Shown one piece after another: positions 25,280 to 37,480 of a stretch of 64,000 nt of DNA; position 1 is the stretch's first letter; the number at the start of each line of letters is the position of its first letter. The stretch spans positions 16,317,766-16,381,765 of the forward strand of contig NC_069006.1 in assembly GCF_001194135.2 (NCBI RefSeq), given 5' to 3'. The DNA is from Octopus bimaculoides. Taxonomy: Eukaryota. The translations under genes and the position numbers were made by a program. The notes below the pieces were generated by a model, which saw only the letters and a program-made list of their open reading frames with translations, had not been told where the DNA came from and did no database searches.

Positions 25280-25900
25280 AATGACTTTTAGTCAAGATAG
25301 AAGGCGCTACCTGTGACCTTTTATAGGACTTCTCAGGATGCTGAGAGGGGGTGAGGGAAGAAAACATGGCCAGAATGCTTTCAACAGTGTGGACTAAAGG
25401 CACCTAAGATATTAGGTGGAGGTGGCAGTGGTGGTAAACCAGGAGACCAAAAGTCTACCACCACCCAAGCAGGCCATGCCAGGGTTTGAACTCAGAATGC
25501 AAAGAACTGGAACAAATATCACAAGGCATCTAGTCCAATGTTCTTACATTTCTGCCCGTCACACCACTCTGGATTCGGTACTTTTTTTTATCAACCCCTG
25601 AAAGAATTAAAGGTAAAGTACATCTTGACAAACTTCAAGTCAGAGATTCCAAACATCCCTTGAACCTCCACATCCTCCAATCTTAGAAAGGAAATATGGC
25701 TTGATGTAGTAATTAGCTTTTATTTTTTACTTGTTTCAGACATTTGGCTGTAGCCATGCTGGGCCATCACCTAAAAGGGTTTTAGTCAAACAAATCGACC
25801 CCAGGGCTTTTTCTTTTTTAAAACCTGCTACTTATTCAATAATGTATGCATGTAGTGCATATTTAAAGACTCTCTCTCTCACTCTGTGGAAAATTATGTA

Positions 25901-25944
<44 letters not shown>

Positions 25945-26068
25945 NNNNNNNNNNNNNNNNNNNNNNNNNNNNNNNNNNNNNNNNNNNNNNNNNNNNNNNN
26001 NNNNNNNNNNNNNNNNNNNNNNNNNGTATGTATATATTTGCAAAGAAAGTTGTGTAACATTATAGAGC

Positions 26069-26425
26069 ATCATCATCATCATCATCATCATCGTTTAACG
26101 TCCGCTTTCCATGCTAGCATGGGTTGGACGATTTGACTGAGGACTGGCGAACCAGATGGCTGCACCAGGCTCCAATCTGATCTAGCAGAGTTTCTACAGC
26201 TGGATGCCCTTCCTAACGCCAACCACTCCGAGAGTGTAATGGGTGCTTTTACGTGCCACCAGCACAAGGGCCAGTCTGGCGGTACTGGCAACGGCCATAC
26301 TCAAAAGGTGTTGTTTTACATGCCACCTGCACAGGAGTCAGTCCAGCGGCACTGGCAACGACCTCGCTCGAATGCTTTGTTCATGTGCCACCAGCACAAG
26401 TGCTAGTAAGACGACGCTGGCACAA
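26069..26425 (-). mobile_element. RTE 3' UTR (family D), young
   Basis: (CAT)n tail plus full D body with GTGCCACC subrepeats. Confidence 0.9.
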
Positions 26426-26616
26426 ATTAATATTAATTATGCAAATTAATGGTATTACATATAGACATACACATAAGTATCTTTAGAGAAGTGTATAAAT
26501 ATATTGTTTCTTTCTCCCCACCGCTCTCTTTCTGTATTTGTAAACATTCACAAGTAAACTATAAAGTTTAATTATATAGACATAACTTCAACTGTGATAT
26601 ATTCAATAACACACAC

Positions 26617-26662
<46 letters not shown>

Positions 26663-27299
26663 ACACATATTCTTGCCCACACACAGAGCCACCATACCAT
26701 GAATATAATTAATTTCAAAGTGCATTGAAAAATAGTAGAGTAGGGGGGTAAGGTAGAGCAGAGAAGATACAGTAAAAAGATCTACTTGCTTATTTAGAAA
26801 ATTGTGATGTTTGTGAGATAAGCCAAAAGTTGAGAAATGTTATCAGTGAGCTGAAAACAAAAAATGGTAACCTATTATCTTGCCAGATAAATTGCCAGCA
26901 CCAGCTGATGAAGACACAATAGATCTATGATCATATATATGTGTGTGGAAGTGTGTCACTGGAATTTTATAGTGACTTCCATTTTACTCTAAAGCTTATC
27001 AATATCGCAGCTTTTGTAACATACTGCTGCTTGAATAACCCTTGTTCTGACCATATTTCTATTGAATCACAAGCCATAAGGCCTGGTTATAGGCTTTAGT
27101 TCATTACGAAAATAATCTACAATTTTTTTTTTTTATAACTTTGTCAGAGGAGGAAGCCTCAGAAACTGGGCCTCCAAGCCAGGTGAGAGAAAGACAGGGA
27201 GTTATCTTCAAACTGGAGACCTAATCCCAAAATGCTTTCAACATAGTATCTCATGGAATTTGAACTCAGAACACGAAGACAGACAAAATGCAAAAGCAA

Positions 27300-27522
27300 A
27301 TAAATATTGATTTCAAATTTTGGCAGAAGGTCAACAATTTCAGGAAAGGGGATGAATCGATTACGGCAACCCTAGTATTCAACTGGTAGTTATTTTATCA
27401 ACCTTGAAAGAATGAAAACCAAAGCCAACCTTGGCAGAATTTAAACTCAGAATGTAAAGATGGATGAAATACCACTAAGCATTTTTCCCAGCATGCTAAC
27501 CATTCTGCCAGCCAGCCACCTT
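27300..27522 (-). mobile_element. SINE family C
   Basis: GAAAGAATGAAAACCAAAGCCAACCTTGGCAGAATTTAAACTCAGAATG; resembles the Deu/Nin-type central domain. Confidence 0.7.
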
Positions 27523-30489
27523 GAAGTGAATTGAATAAGTATTAACAGTTGTTAATAACTGGATAAATTGTATACAGTAGAGTTTGTTAATTATAAATCT
27601 AAAAATGTCAGTTTGAGTATCATTTTTAACCCTTTTCTTACACATTGTTGGAAAAATCTCTGATTTTCAACAAACCAGTACCTGGCTCACTACATATCTA
27701 AATATTTTCCCCAGCTCATACACCTCCCATTCTCTCTCTTCTGTAGGCTCTCTTTGATGTGACTTACATGCAAAAAATAAACCATTTTCTTCAGGTGAAT
27801 TGAGAGTAAAATTTAGCACTTAGGATTCTTCACAGAAATAGAACATAATACAAGAAAACTGTCTTTTTTTTTTTTTGCATGTAACATTTTTGTTCATCAA
27901 TAAGGAACATGTCTGAAACAGCTGTAGTGAACCTCAACCTGTCTGTGTGTGTGTGTGTGTGTGTGTGTACATATGAAAAATGTCTTATTCATCTTTTATT
28001 AACATGGTATATTTTTATCTTTGTTATGAAACAGTCTTTTTACTCCCGTGCTTATGAAAATATAAACATTTCCCCACCTCGTCATTTCAAGAATCTAAAA
28101 ATAGTAACACTTCCATTGTACTGTTAGATTTACTTTTTTTACCTTCGTTTCTTTTGCATTCTGGTTTACTATTTTAGCAGGAGACAGCAGGGTTGGCATC
28201 TAAACTTTGAAATCCAGCATCACAAAAACTGTTCTAAATGCACCTTTACAAGTTTGTAAAAGTACAGCTGATAAAAGTACAGAAAGTTAGCTACTATGTA
28301 TAGCTTGAAAACATATGTGTATCGTGTGTACTAAATACACTGCTATTCTACAATATATAAAATGTGACTCCTGCACCTAGATAGATATATACATATGAAT
28401 ATGAACGTGTGTGTGTGTGTGCATGCATGTGTGTATGTATGCATGCACGACTGCACATGTACAAAAATGTGTGTTCGTTTGACATCTGTTTTTCTATGCT
28501 TAGGTTGGATGGATACTTATTTGAGGCATTATTTCGGACCAGATTCCCTTCCTGTTGTCAATACTTTGATGTTTTACCAGTTAGGAAGCTTCTATTCAAC
28601 TACGTCAAAACTGCAGAGCTACGAGACATAAATGTTTACTGGAAATGTAAACATGAGGACAGATTTTCTTTTGGTTAGATGATCCCAAGTGAAAAGTAGA
28701 AACAACAATTTCACACACACACAAATGTGTTCAATGCAGTTTCTTTCTGTGAATTTCACTCACAAGGCATTCATCAGCCCTAAGCAACAGTAGAAGACAC
28801 TTGCACAAGGTCCTGCACAGTGGATTGAACCTACGACCATATGCTTAGGAAGTGAACTTCTTAATCATACAGCCACATTTACACACACACATACACACAC
28901 ACATATATATATATATATATTTATATATATCAGGTGTGACTGTGTGGTAAGAAGTTTACTTCCCAACCACATGGTTCTAGGTTCAGTCCCACTGCATGGC
29001 ACATTGAGTGCAGGGATTTTTTGGCCTATAATCCAGCCAAATGGTATAAGCATGGGATTGAGTTTCTAGCACAATGATGGCAACATACAATAGAATATGA
29101 TGGGATATATTTCGATGAATAAACGCTTTTCATGGGCAATTTGTTTGAATGATACTAAGAGCCAACAAGAGACTTTCTGAATAGTAGCTAAAAAAAGAAT
29201 GAAAATAAAATGAACCTAAATGTAGAGGAAACATACTTGTATCGTGCTACCCCCCTTCTTGCCTGGGGAAAATGAAAGCGAATAATTCTATTTAGTGTCA
29301 TGATATTTTTTAAGATCATGCTCTATTCAGATACAATGTCTGAAAAACAACCAGCTCACCTTCAACCCCATTCCTACCTCTCATCAATTCAATTGATGAA
29401 CATTTCTGCCAAAGCAGGGTCAAGAGGAGCTCTCTTTATTTCTTTTATCATTAATTATGGGAATTTAAAACATAAACTCTAACCAAAGATTAGAGGATTA
29501 TAAGAATTATATTGCATTCAAACTCAGAGAAGCTTAAAATGTGTTCAATTCCACCAGGAATACTAATGGCTTTTGTTCAACAAAAATCAGCATTGTAGAC
29601 TAGTTATTTGTGAATCTACAAGTGTTCCGAGTTCTTCTATGTCAAATTTGTCTTCGAAATTCCTTTCTCTCACTTTCTCCATTCAATTGACGATAAATCT
29701 ACACAGAACACAGAACAAAATTGGATAAATATTTGAAAGTACAACTATCATTAGTCTTACCACACCACCACCACCACCACCACTAACAACCATTTGCTGT
29801 GTCTATCTAAATCACTAACCCTGTTTATTCCTTCACTCCCACACCACCAACATAATGCCACCAAGAGATTCTTTAATCAACTATCTGTCTACTATGTCTC
29901 AATATACTTGATCTGAATTGACTAAGCCAAGAGTGTCTCATGTGGTTGTTTGATCTGCTAGAAATAGCAGCCAAGTTATCCACAAATTTACATTCAACTG
30001 TCTTTAAAAAAAAGACATGTTTGTCATAGTTGGAGTACCTTTGATCGCAGATCTGTTTGATCAGGGTAAACCTGGGGCTAAAATTAACATAATGAATCAT
30101 ATTACTTCAATTTAGCTACCTACTCAGATACACAAAGATTAAAAATGCATTGATGTATTTTCTGTCAGTTCTTTACATTCTGAGCTCAAATCACACTGAG
30201 GTCAACTTTGCCTTTCTTTAAAAAAAGTACCAGTTAAGTACTAGGGTCAACTACCCTCTCTCTTTCAAAATTCCTAGCTTTGTACTTAAATCAGAAGTAG
30301 TAAAATTGTTAGCATGCTGGGCAAAATGCTTAGCAGTATTTTGTCTCTAAATTCCACCAAGGTCAACTTTGCCTTTCATCTCCCAGAGGTCAATAAAATA
30401 AAGTTCCAATCAAGTACTGCTCCCCTCCCCAAAAATTTCAGATCATGAGCCTATGTTCAATACAATTACTGGTGCGAGTTAAATTGGTC

Positions 30490-30733
30490 ATATAAAGCAA
30501 CAAGCTGACAGAATTGTTAGCAAGCTGACAGAATTGTTAGCAAGCTGACAGAATTGTTAGCAAGCTGAGCGAAATGCTGCGAGGCATTTTGTTTGCCCTT
30601 ACATTCTGAGTTCAAATTCTGCTGAGGTCAACTTTGCCTTTCATACTTTCAGAGTCAATAAAATAAGCACAGGGGTCAATATAATTGATTTAACCCCTCC
30701 CAGAAACCACCAGCCTTGTGCCAAAATTTGAAA

Positions 30734-30783
<50 letters not shown>
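30490..30783 (+). mobile_element. SINE family C with triplicated head segment and (TAT)n tail
   Basis: CAAGCTGACAGAATTGTTAG x3; GAGTTCAAATTC B-box-like; GGTCAACTTTGCCTTTCAT domain. Confidence 0.8.
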
Positions 30784-30784
<1 letters not shown>

Positions 30785-31690
30785 GTTCCCAGTCTAACCC
30801 TTTACTTTCAGATTTACTCTGTCAAATGTACTGCTTATTTATTCACACTGTTTTGAATTAATCACCCATTCTCCGGTAGCCTCAAGATTTCAATGGTGTG
30901 TTTGTTGTATACTTTTAGAATAACATTGTAGGACAGGTGTGAGAGANNNNNNNNNNNNNNNNNNNNNNNNNNNNNNNNNNNNNNNNNNNNNNNNNNNNNN
31001 NNNNNNNNNNNNNNNNNNNNNNNNNNNNNNNNNNNNNNNNNNNNNNNNNNNNNNNNNNNNNNNNNNNNNNNNNNNNNNNNNNNNNNNNNNNNNNNNNNNN
31101 NNNNNNNNNNNNNNNNNNNNNNNNNNNNNNNNNNNNNNNNNNNNNNNNNNNNNNNNNNNNNNNNNNNNNNNNNNNNNNNNNNNNNNNNNNNNNNNNNNNN
31201 NNNNNNNNNNNNNNNNNNNNNNNNNNNNNNNNNNNNNNNNNNNNNNNNNNNNNNNNNNNNNNNNNNNNNNNNNNNNNNNNNNNNNNNNNNNNNNNNNNNN
31301 NNNNNNNNNNNNNNNNNNNNNNNNNNNNNNNNNNNNNNNNNNNNNNNNNNNNNNNNNNNNNNNNNNNNNNNNNNNNNNNNNNNNNNNNNNNNNNNNNNNN
31401 NNNNNNNNNNNNNNNNNNNNNNNNNNNNNNNNNNNNNNNNNNNNNNNNNNNNNNNNNNNNNNNNNNNNNNNNNNNNNNNNAACAAAAGGGTTAAAACTCC
31501 AACAGTTATAAACTTGACAGATGCTGAATAAATAGATATTTTATACATGGCTATGTAATTGAGATGTACTTCTTATAACCATGTGATTCCAAGTTTAATC
31601 CTAATGTGAAACATCTTCCATAAATCAGGGTTCATCGATTCCTTGTGAAAGGATTTTTGTAAATGGAAACTGCATGTACATGTGTGTGTG

Positions 31691-31729
<39 letters not shown>

Positions 31730-32560
31730 TGCTGATGATATCAGCAAAATATGTAAACATCAGGAAAATGGATAAACTGGTGGTTTCAAACAAAAACATC
31801 ATCCATAGTAATTGGTTCTGCCTAAGTTATAAACAAAATCCTTTGTCACTCTTAACCTCATGAAAGCAGTAAAACTAGTGACTGGAAAGTTGTACTCTAC
31901 AACAGCATTGTTCACAAAGTGTGACATAAAATATAAATAATTCAAATAAAATAATTCAATCATATATGTCTGCTATACACTATTGTTCTTTTAGTGAAAT
32001 GTAGCAGGCAGTACACTGAACTGACTGGTGTTAAATATGACTTGTTCTTGCATATCTAGAGTTTCAATGAGAAAAAGCTTTTAATTTCATTAAAATATAG
32101 TGTATAAATTAGCATTTTGACAGTCTAATTGCAATGAGAAATGTCAGTAGTTGAAGATAACCAAATTAGACTAAATGTTTTTTTTTCCTCCCCCCAACAA
32201 CTTCGTGAATAATTCTCCTATTTCAATCAATCATGATTTTAAATATTGAACATTATCATTATTTTACTATTCTTCTGCATTAAAAAGTAAAAAAAAAAAA
32301 AAAGCAAACCAGCGAAAGAGAAAAAAAAATGAGTATAACCATACATATTGCTTCTTTCTTTCTTTTTAACCCATTCATTATACTAATTGATTTCAGTTGA
32401 TTAAATTATGCTGCAAATTACTGATCTTGAAACAAAGTCTTTCAAGATAGGACTTCATTAAGAGAAGCAATCACATCCTTCCCCCTCCCCACACTTAACT
32501 CTGATATACACACACACATACATACATACATACACATATATCTATCTATCTATCTATCTA

Positions 32561-32601
<41 letters not shown>

Positions 32602-33434
32602 AAGAGATTGTAGCTGTAGGGTTAAGATATTAGGGAAATAATGGTTATGAGCTTAAACCCTCACTAATACAATGTTGGTTAAGCCACATGACAAACATTC
32701 TGAGATGTTTTAACTCCAAGAACAGAATCCAACCAGAATTAATAAAATAAAAACACCTGGTTCAACAGTATACAAATACCTAAATATTTCCAATAAACAA
32801 CAACAATACAGGTAGGGTTGATCCAAGGGTGTAGAAGACACTAACATAAGGTGCCATGCAGTGTGATAAAATCTGGAAGCAAAATTCCTGACTATTTGGC
32901 CATGCTTGCACATAGCATAAACATATTACTGATTATAAAACCGAAAGTCCAGAAAGAAATTGCAATAAACTTATATTTAACATTGTGCTTCTCTATAGAG
33001 GAATGAATAACGCTATCACCAATGAATTCCACAAATTGAAAAATTGCAGAGAAATTATGCATTGAGTTGGTTTCTTCTGTCTGCACTATCTGCAAAGTTA
33101 TTTTTGAAATAAATATTCACATATAATGGTATTATATGTTTAAAGTCACAATATTTATTTTGAAATCAGAAGCTAAATGTGAAGAACAAACCATCAACAA
33201 ATAGTAAAACAAAATACTTGCTGTGTAGTTTGGGTGGTTGTAGGGCTAACAAGAGGGGACAAAGTGTGCTACAACTGCACCAAGGGAATACAGACATACT
33301 CTAGTAGCATCAATGCTGCTTGGCATAGGTGGTGACAAGGATAACATCAAAAGGTGTAGAAATCATTGTGATTTCCAACTGACAGCTGATGAACACAACA
33401 TGCAGCAGTGTAAACTGTATGTAAAATATGAGGA

Positions 33435-33451
33435 TGATAATAATAATAATG

Positions 33452-33525
<74 letters not shown>

Positions 33526-33745
33526 CCTTTCTACTATAGGCACAAGACCTGAAATTTTGTGGGGGGGAGGGGTAAAGTTGATCATATTGACCCCTGTACT
33601 TGGCTGGTACTTAATTTATTAACCCCGAAAGGATGAAAAGCAAAGTCAACCTTAGTGGAATTTGAACTCAGAATGTAAAGAGAGGTGAAATGTCGCTAAG
33701 AATCATGCCTGGCATGGTAATGATTCTGCCAGCTCACTACCTTAA
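33435..33745 (-). mobile_element. SINE family C with long (AAT)n tail
   Basis: ATTAACCCCGAAAGGATGAAAAGCAAAGTCAACC; tail at 33435-33525. Confidence 0.8.
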
Positions 33746-33780
<35 letters not shown>

Positions 33781-33979
33781 CAGTAGTTTTATTTTTATAA
33801 CGTGCTTTCACTTCACTACCGAGCGCAGCTCTGTGCGCCTTGGGTATGTGCTGTGGTTTGCTGTGGTGCTCTTATGTTTACTGTATTGAAAGTGTTTTGC
33901 GTAGAATGTGTGCAGTACCCAGTAGTGCAATTTTCTGTATGTTATATATATTTGTAAGTCCTGGTGTTTTTGTTATGTA
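33781..33979 (-). mobile_element. R4/Dong-type LINE 3' end embedded in (TAA)n
   Basis: Encodes ITKTPGLTNIYNIQKIALLGTAHILRKTLSIQ*, resembling the C-terminus of R4-clade restriction-like endonuclease ORFs; TAA repeats on both sides. Confidence 0.75.
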
Positions 33980-34207
33980 TTATATTATTATTATTATTAT
34001 TATGCTATCTGTTATCAAAGTCTTTTATTGTACTGGTCAGTGATACTTTATTTTACTGAAATAGAATATTGCAGTGCTGTTGTTAAAGACAGAGGTTTCC
34101 ATTGCCTGCTAATGATTACATATCTATTGAAGATCATTCCTAATGATGGCTAAAGTTAAAATGAAACTGGAGACACAAATTGTACAAAGAAAAGACAATG
34201 ATCAATT

Positions 34208-34492
34208 CAGTGGATCCCAAACATTTTCAGGCTGTTGCCCTGCTTGTCATCTACGCCACATTCCTACCATGCCCTCCATTCACTACTATAAATATAGACC
34301 ACTTTCTGTAGCAAATTTAAAACAACTTTATTTCACAAGTAAAACTTAACCTACTTAACCCATTATTTTGGGTTTTTTTACTACATTGCCCCCCTTTTGG
34401 TCACCCCATTATCGCCCTACTTTTTCCAATGCCCCCACTGGATCTTTCCACCAACCCCAAGGGGGCAGTACCACCCACTTTGGAAACCACTG
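34208..34492. mobile_element. hAT-type MITE (second family)
   Basis: CAGTGGATCCCAAA / TTTGGAAACCACTG TIRs; TSD GATCAATT vs GATTAGTT (6/8). Confidence 0.7.
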
Positions 34493-35231
34493 GATTAGTT
34501 GAATTAGACTGGGCTTGTATAACTTATATATCCAATTATATACAAAATATTACAAAAAGATACATTTCTTATATATGCAATACAATATTTGTTTTAGGAC
34601 TATGCTTTTAGCATGATTATATATAATGCTTTTATCATGATTACATTATGATTCTAACATGTTTTTATCCTGATTTTATAACTATTATCACTATACAGAT
34701 TATTCTTCTCTGTTCCGCCCATCCTCCACCTACCTTGCTCCATTCTAGAAAGGGGTGAACAGGTCTATGCATAGATATATCTTTAGCCATTTCATTAATG
34801 ATAACAATCTAGACATTTCCCAGTTTTGCTGTTGCACTTGCTGAAGTAAACAGTGAACTAACACGGAAGACTCAACACAGTAGCTCGGCTAGTGAAAAAT
34901 AGTTGCTAAAACCCTTCAAATTCCACCTCGCTATCTTAAAAACAAAAAGGACATATTGGAAGATATTGTCTGAGATACACAAGATTAATGAGATGCTCAC
35001 AGCAGGAACACTTTTGACTGCAGTTCTAACTAATCAGCACTAAACAATAAAAGTCACATGACAAAGGAGCTTCTACATCATCACTGAAATCGGCAAGAAA
35101 TAAATAACAAGCAAAATGTCTTCAGATCATACCCAGGCCTGAGGAGTCAGCACATTAGACCTCTGATCTGTTTCTTCAATTTACAGTACCATCAATTTTA
35201 ATACCTATATTTGTAATAAGCTAATAAGCAG

Positions 35232-35277
<46 letters not shown>

Positions 35278-35279
<2 letters not shown>

Positions 35280-35440
35280 GGGAGAATGTACAAAAAAAAA
35301 CAACAGACAAGGACAGGTGGTGTAAACAACAAAAGGATGTATTAGTTTAACGCTCGGGAATACAGAAAGTCTTTAACGTTTCGAGCTACGCTCTTCAACA
35401 GAAAGAATACGGAGAAAACAAGGAGAAAAACACAGAGAAA
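35278..35440 (-). mobile_element. Family K short repeat (PLE-derived candidate), young copy
   Basis: CpG-intact; GAAGAGCGTAGCTCGAAACGTT motif typical of PLE termini; flanked by (TA)n. Confidence 0.6.
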
Positions 35441-35447
35441 AAAAAAT

Positions 35448-35477
<30 letters not shown>

Positions 35478-35478
<1 letters not shown>

Positions 35479-35820
35479 CAGGTTGAGTAAAAAGTAAGCA
35501 ACTTGGCAATGAAGTTCTTCCCCACCCAGTTTATTCCCCAGACCTGTCTCCTTACCGACTACCACTTTTTCAAGCACCTTGATGGCTTCCTGTGAGAGGA
35601 GAAGTTCAAAAATCAAACCAATGCTGAAGATGTGTTCAAAGAGTTCATCAGCCCTAGAACTCCAGATTTTTGTTACCAGAATAAACAAACTTATAACTGG
35701 TTGGCAAAAATGTGTTGATTGTAATGGTACTTACTTTGATGAATAAAATTTTTGCATTGTTGAAATATATTGTGATGAATTTCATGTTTCAAAATGTTGC
35801 TTACTTTTTACTGAGCCTGA
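35478..35820 (+). mobile_element. Internally deleted mariner (Hsmar1/SETMAR-like transposase C-terminus)
   Basis: 25-bp TIRs TCAGGTTGAGTAAAAAGTAAGCAAC (2 mismatches), TA flanks; YSPDLS.TDYHFFKHLDGFL..WQKCVDCNGTYFDE* with frameshifts. Confidence 0.9.
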
Positions 35821-35836
35821 TATATATATATATATA

Positions 35837-35889
<53 letters not shown>

Positions 35890-36179
35890 GTGTGTGGCCA
35901 ACAGACAACACTTTGTAGTGCTCAAATGGTACCTCATTTGCCAATTTTTTCTCTTAAAACATCTACATTTTGTTGTACATGGCCAGGAGTTCCATCAATG
36001 AGAAACAAAGCAAATGAGCTGAGATATTTGTATGAGGATGACAAGAAGTCAGTACTGGCCAACAGAAGTAGTGGCAATGATGCCATTATCGCAAGTGAAG
36101 GAGCCACATGGCTTACATGAAATGGAAGTATAGAAATAAATATATATACACTAATCACACATATACAATGTACATATAG

Positions 36180-36495
36180 ACTGGCACTCTGTCAGTTACA
36201 ACAATGCGGGTTCTAATTGATCCAATCAATGGAACAGCTTGAGAAATTAACATACAAGTGGCAGAGCACTCCACAAACATATGTATCCTTAACATAGTTC
36301 TCAGGGAGATTCAGCATGACACAGAATGTGACATGGTTGGCTCTGTTTAATACAGGTAGAATTCATTTTTGCCAGCTGAGTGGACCAGAGTAATGTGAAA
36401 TAAAGTGTCTCAATCAAGGACATAACATGCCAGCAGATATCAAACTAAAGACTTTACGATCATGAGCCCAACACACTAACCACTAAGCCATACAC
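36180..36495 (-). mobile_element. SINE family G (second tRNA head, central domain, family-A tail)
   Basis: TATGGCTTAGTGGTTAG head; ACACTTTATTTCAC..CCACTCAGCTGGCAAAAATGA; tail homologous to family A. Confidence 0.75.
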
Positions 36496-37072
36496 ATAAA
36501 ACTTTATATACATACAGCATATATACATGTCTACATTCTAGAAATAAAATTCTAAATATAGGATATTGATTGATAAGATTATGATAGATGAACTGGGGTG
36601 AGAGAAAGTAGAAAAACTGAGAGGTAACAGGTACATTGGCAGAAACAGAGACAGACTGACAAACATAGAACTGAGACATTGCAGAAACACCACTTAAAGT
36701 GCTAAATCTTATAAATCAATGGAATTTGAAGCAAAATTTTATCTGAATTTTGCACAGTAAAATTATCAAATTGAAGAATAAAAATCATTTTAAATTTGCT
36801 AGATCTCAATTCAATCCATTCACAGCTGAATTACTACTACTGCTACTACTACTACTATTGTCATCGTTATTGTTATTATTAATAGTTTCACTCACTGTAT
36901 GTTATATAAAGTGAGGGAAATAAAAATAATAATAATAATAATGTTAAACAGTGAAATTAACAATTAGATCTTTATGCAAATTATAAGCCAGAGAAGCAAA
37001 GAAAGAAGCAGACAAAACTATTAATAGAAAGACCAAGTCATATAAATACAAATGTAGAGATCTCCAAAATAT

Positions 37073-37235
37073 AGGTGCAGGTGTGGTGTGCATGGTTGTG
37101 GTAAGAAGCTTCCTTCCCAACCACATGGCTCCAAGTTCAATCCCACTGCAAGGCACCTTGGGCAAGTGTCTTCTATTATAGCCTTGTGAGTGGCTTTGGT
37201 AGCCAGAAACTGGAGGAAGCTTATCGCGCGCTCAC

Positions 37236-37280
<45 letters not shown>

Positions 37281-37480
37281 TGTGTTTGTCCCCCACCACC
37301 AATTGACAACCGGTGTTGGTGTGTTTACATCCCCATAACTTAGTGGTTTGGCAAAAGAGACCAACAGAATAAGAACCAGGCTCAGCAAAAAGTAAAATTA
37401 AATACTGGGGTTGATGCATTTGACTAAAAATTCTTCAAGGCAGCACCCCAGCATGGCCTCAGTCAGAAACAAATAAAAGA
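37073..37480 (+). mobile_element. SINE family B
   Basis: Head, GGCACCTTGGGCAAGTGTCTT, internal (TG)n, tail. Confidence 0.8.

Noticed and set aside
31727-31749. Short palindrome TTTGCTGAT-GAT-ATCAGCAAA containing CTGATGA
   Set aside because: Isolated hairpin without the second hammerhead strand; expected occasionally in AT-rich DNA.
33380-33420. CTGATGA-ACAC..GTGT-AAA hammerhead-like string
   Set aside because: No G12, no stem III or NUH triplet; probably chance.
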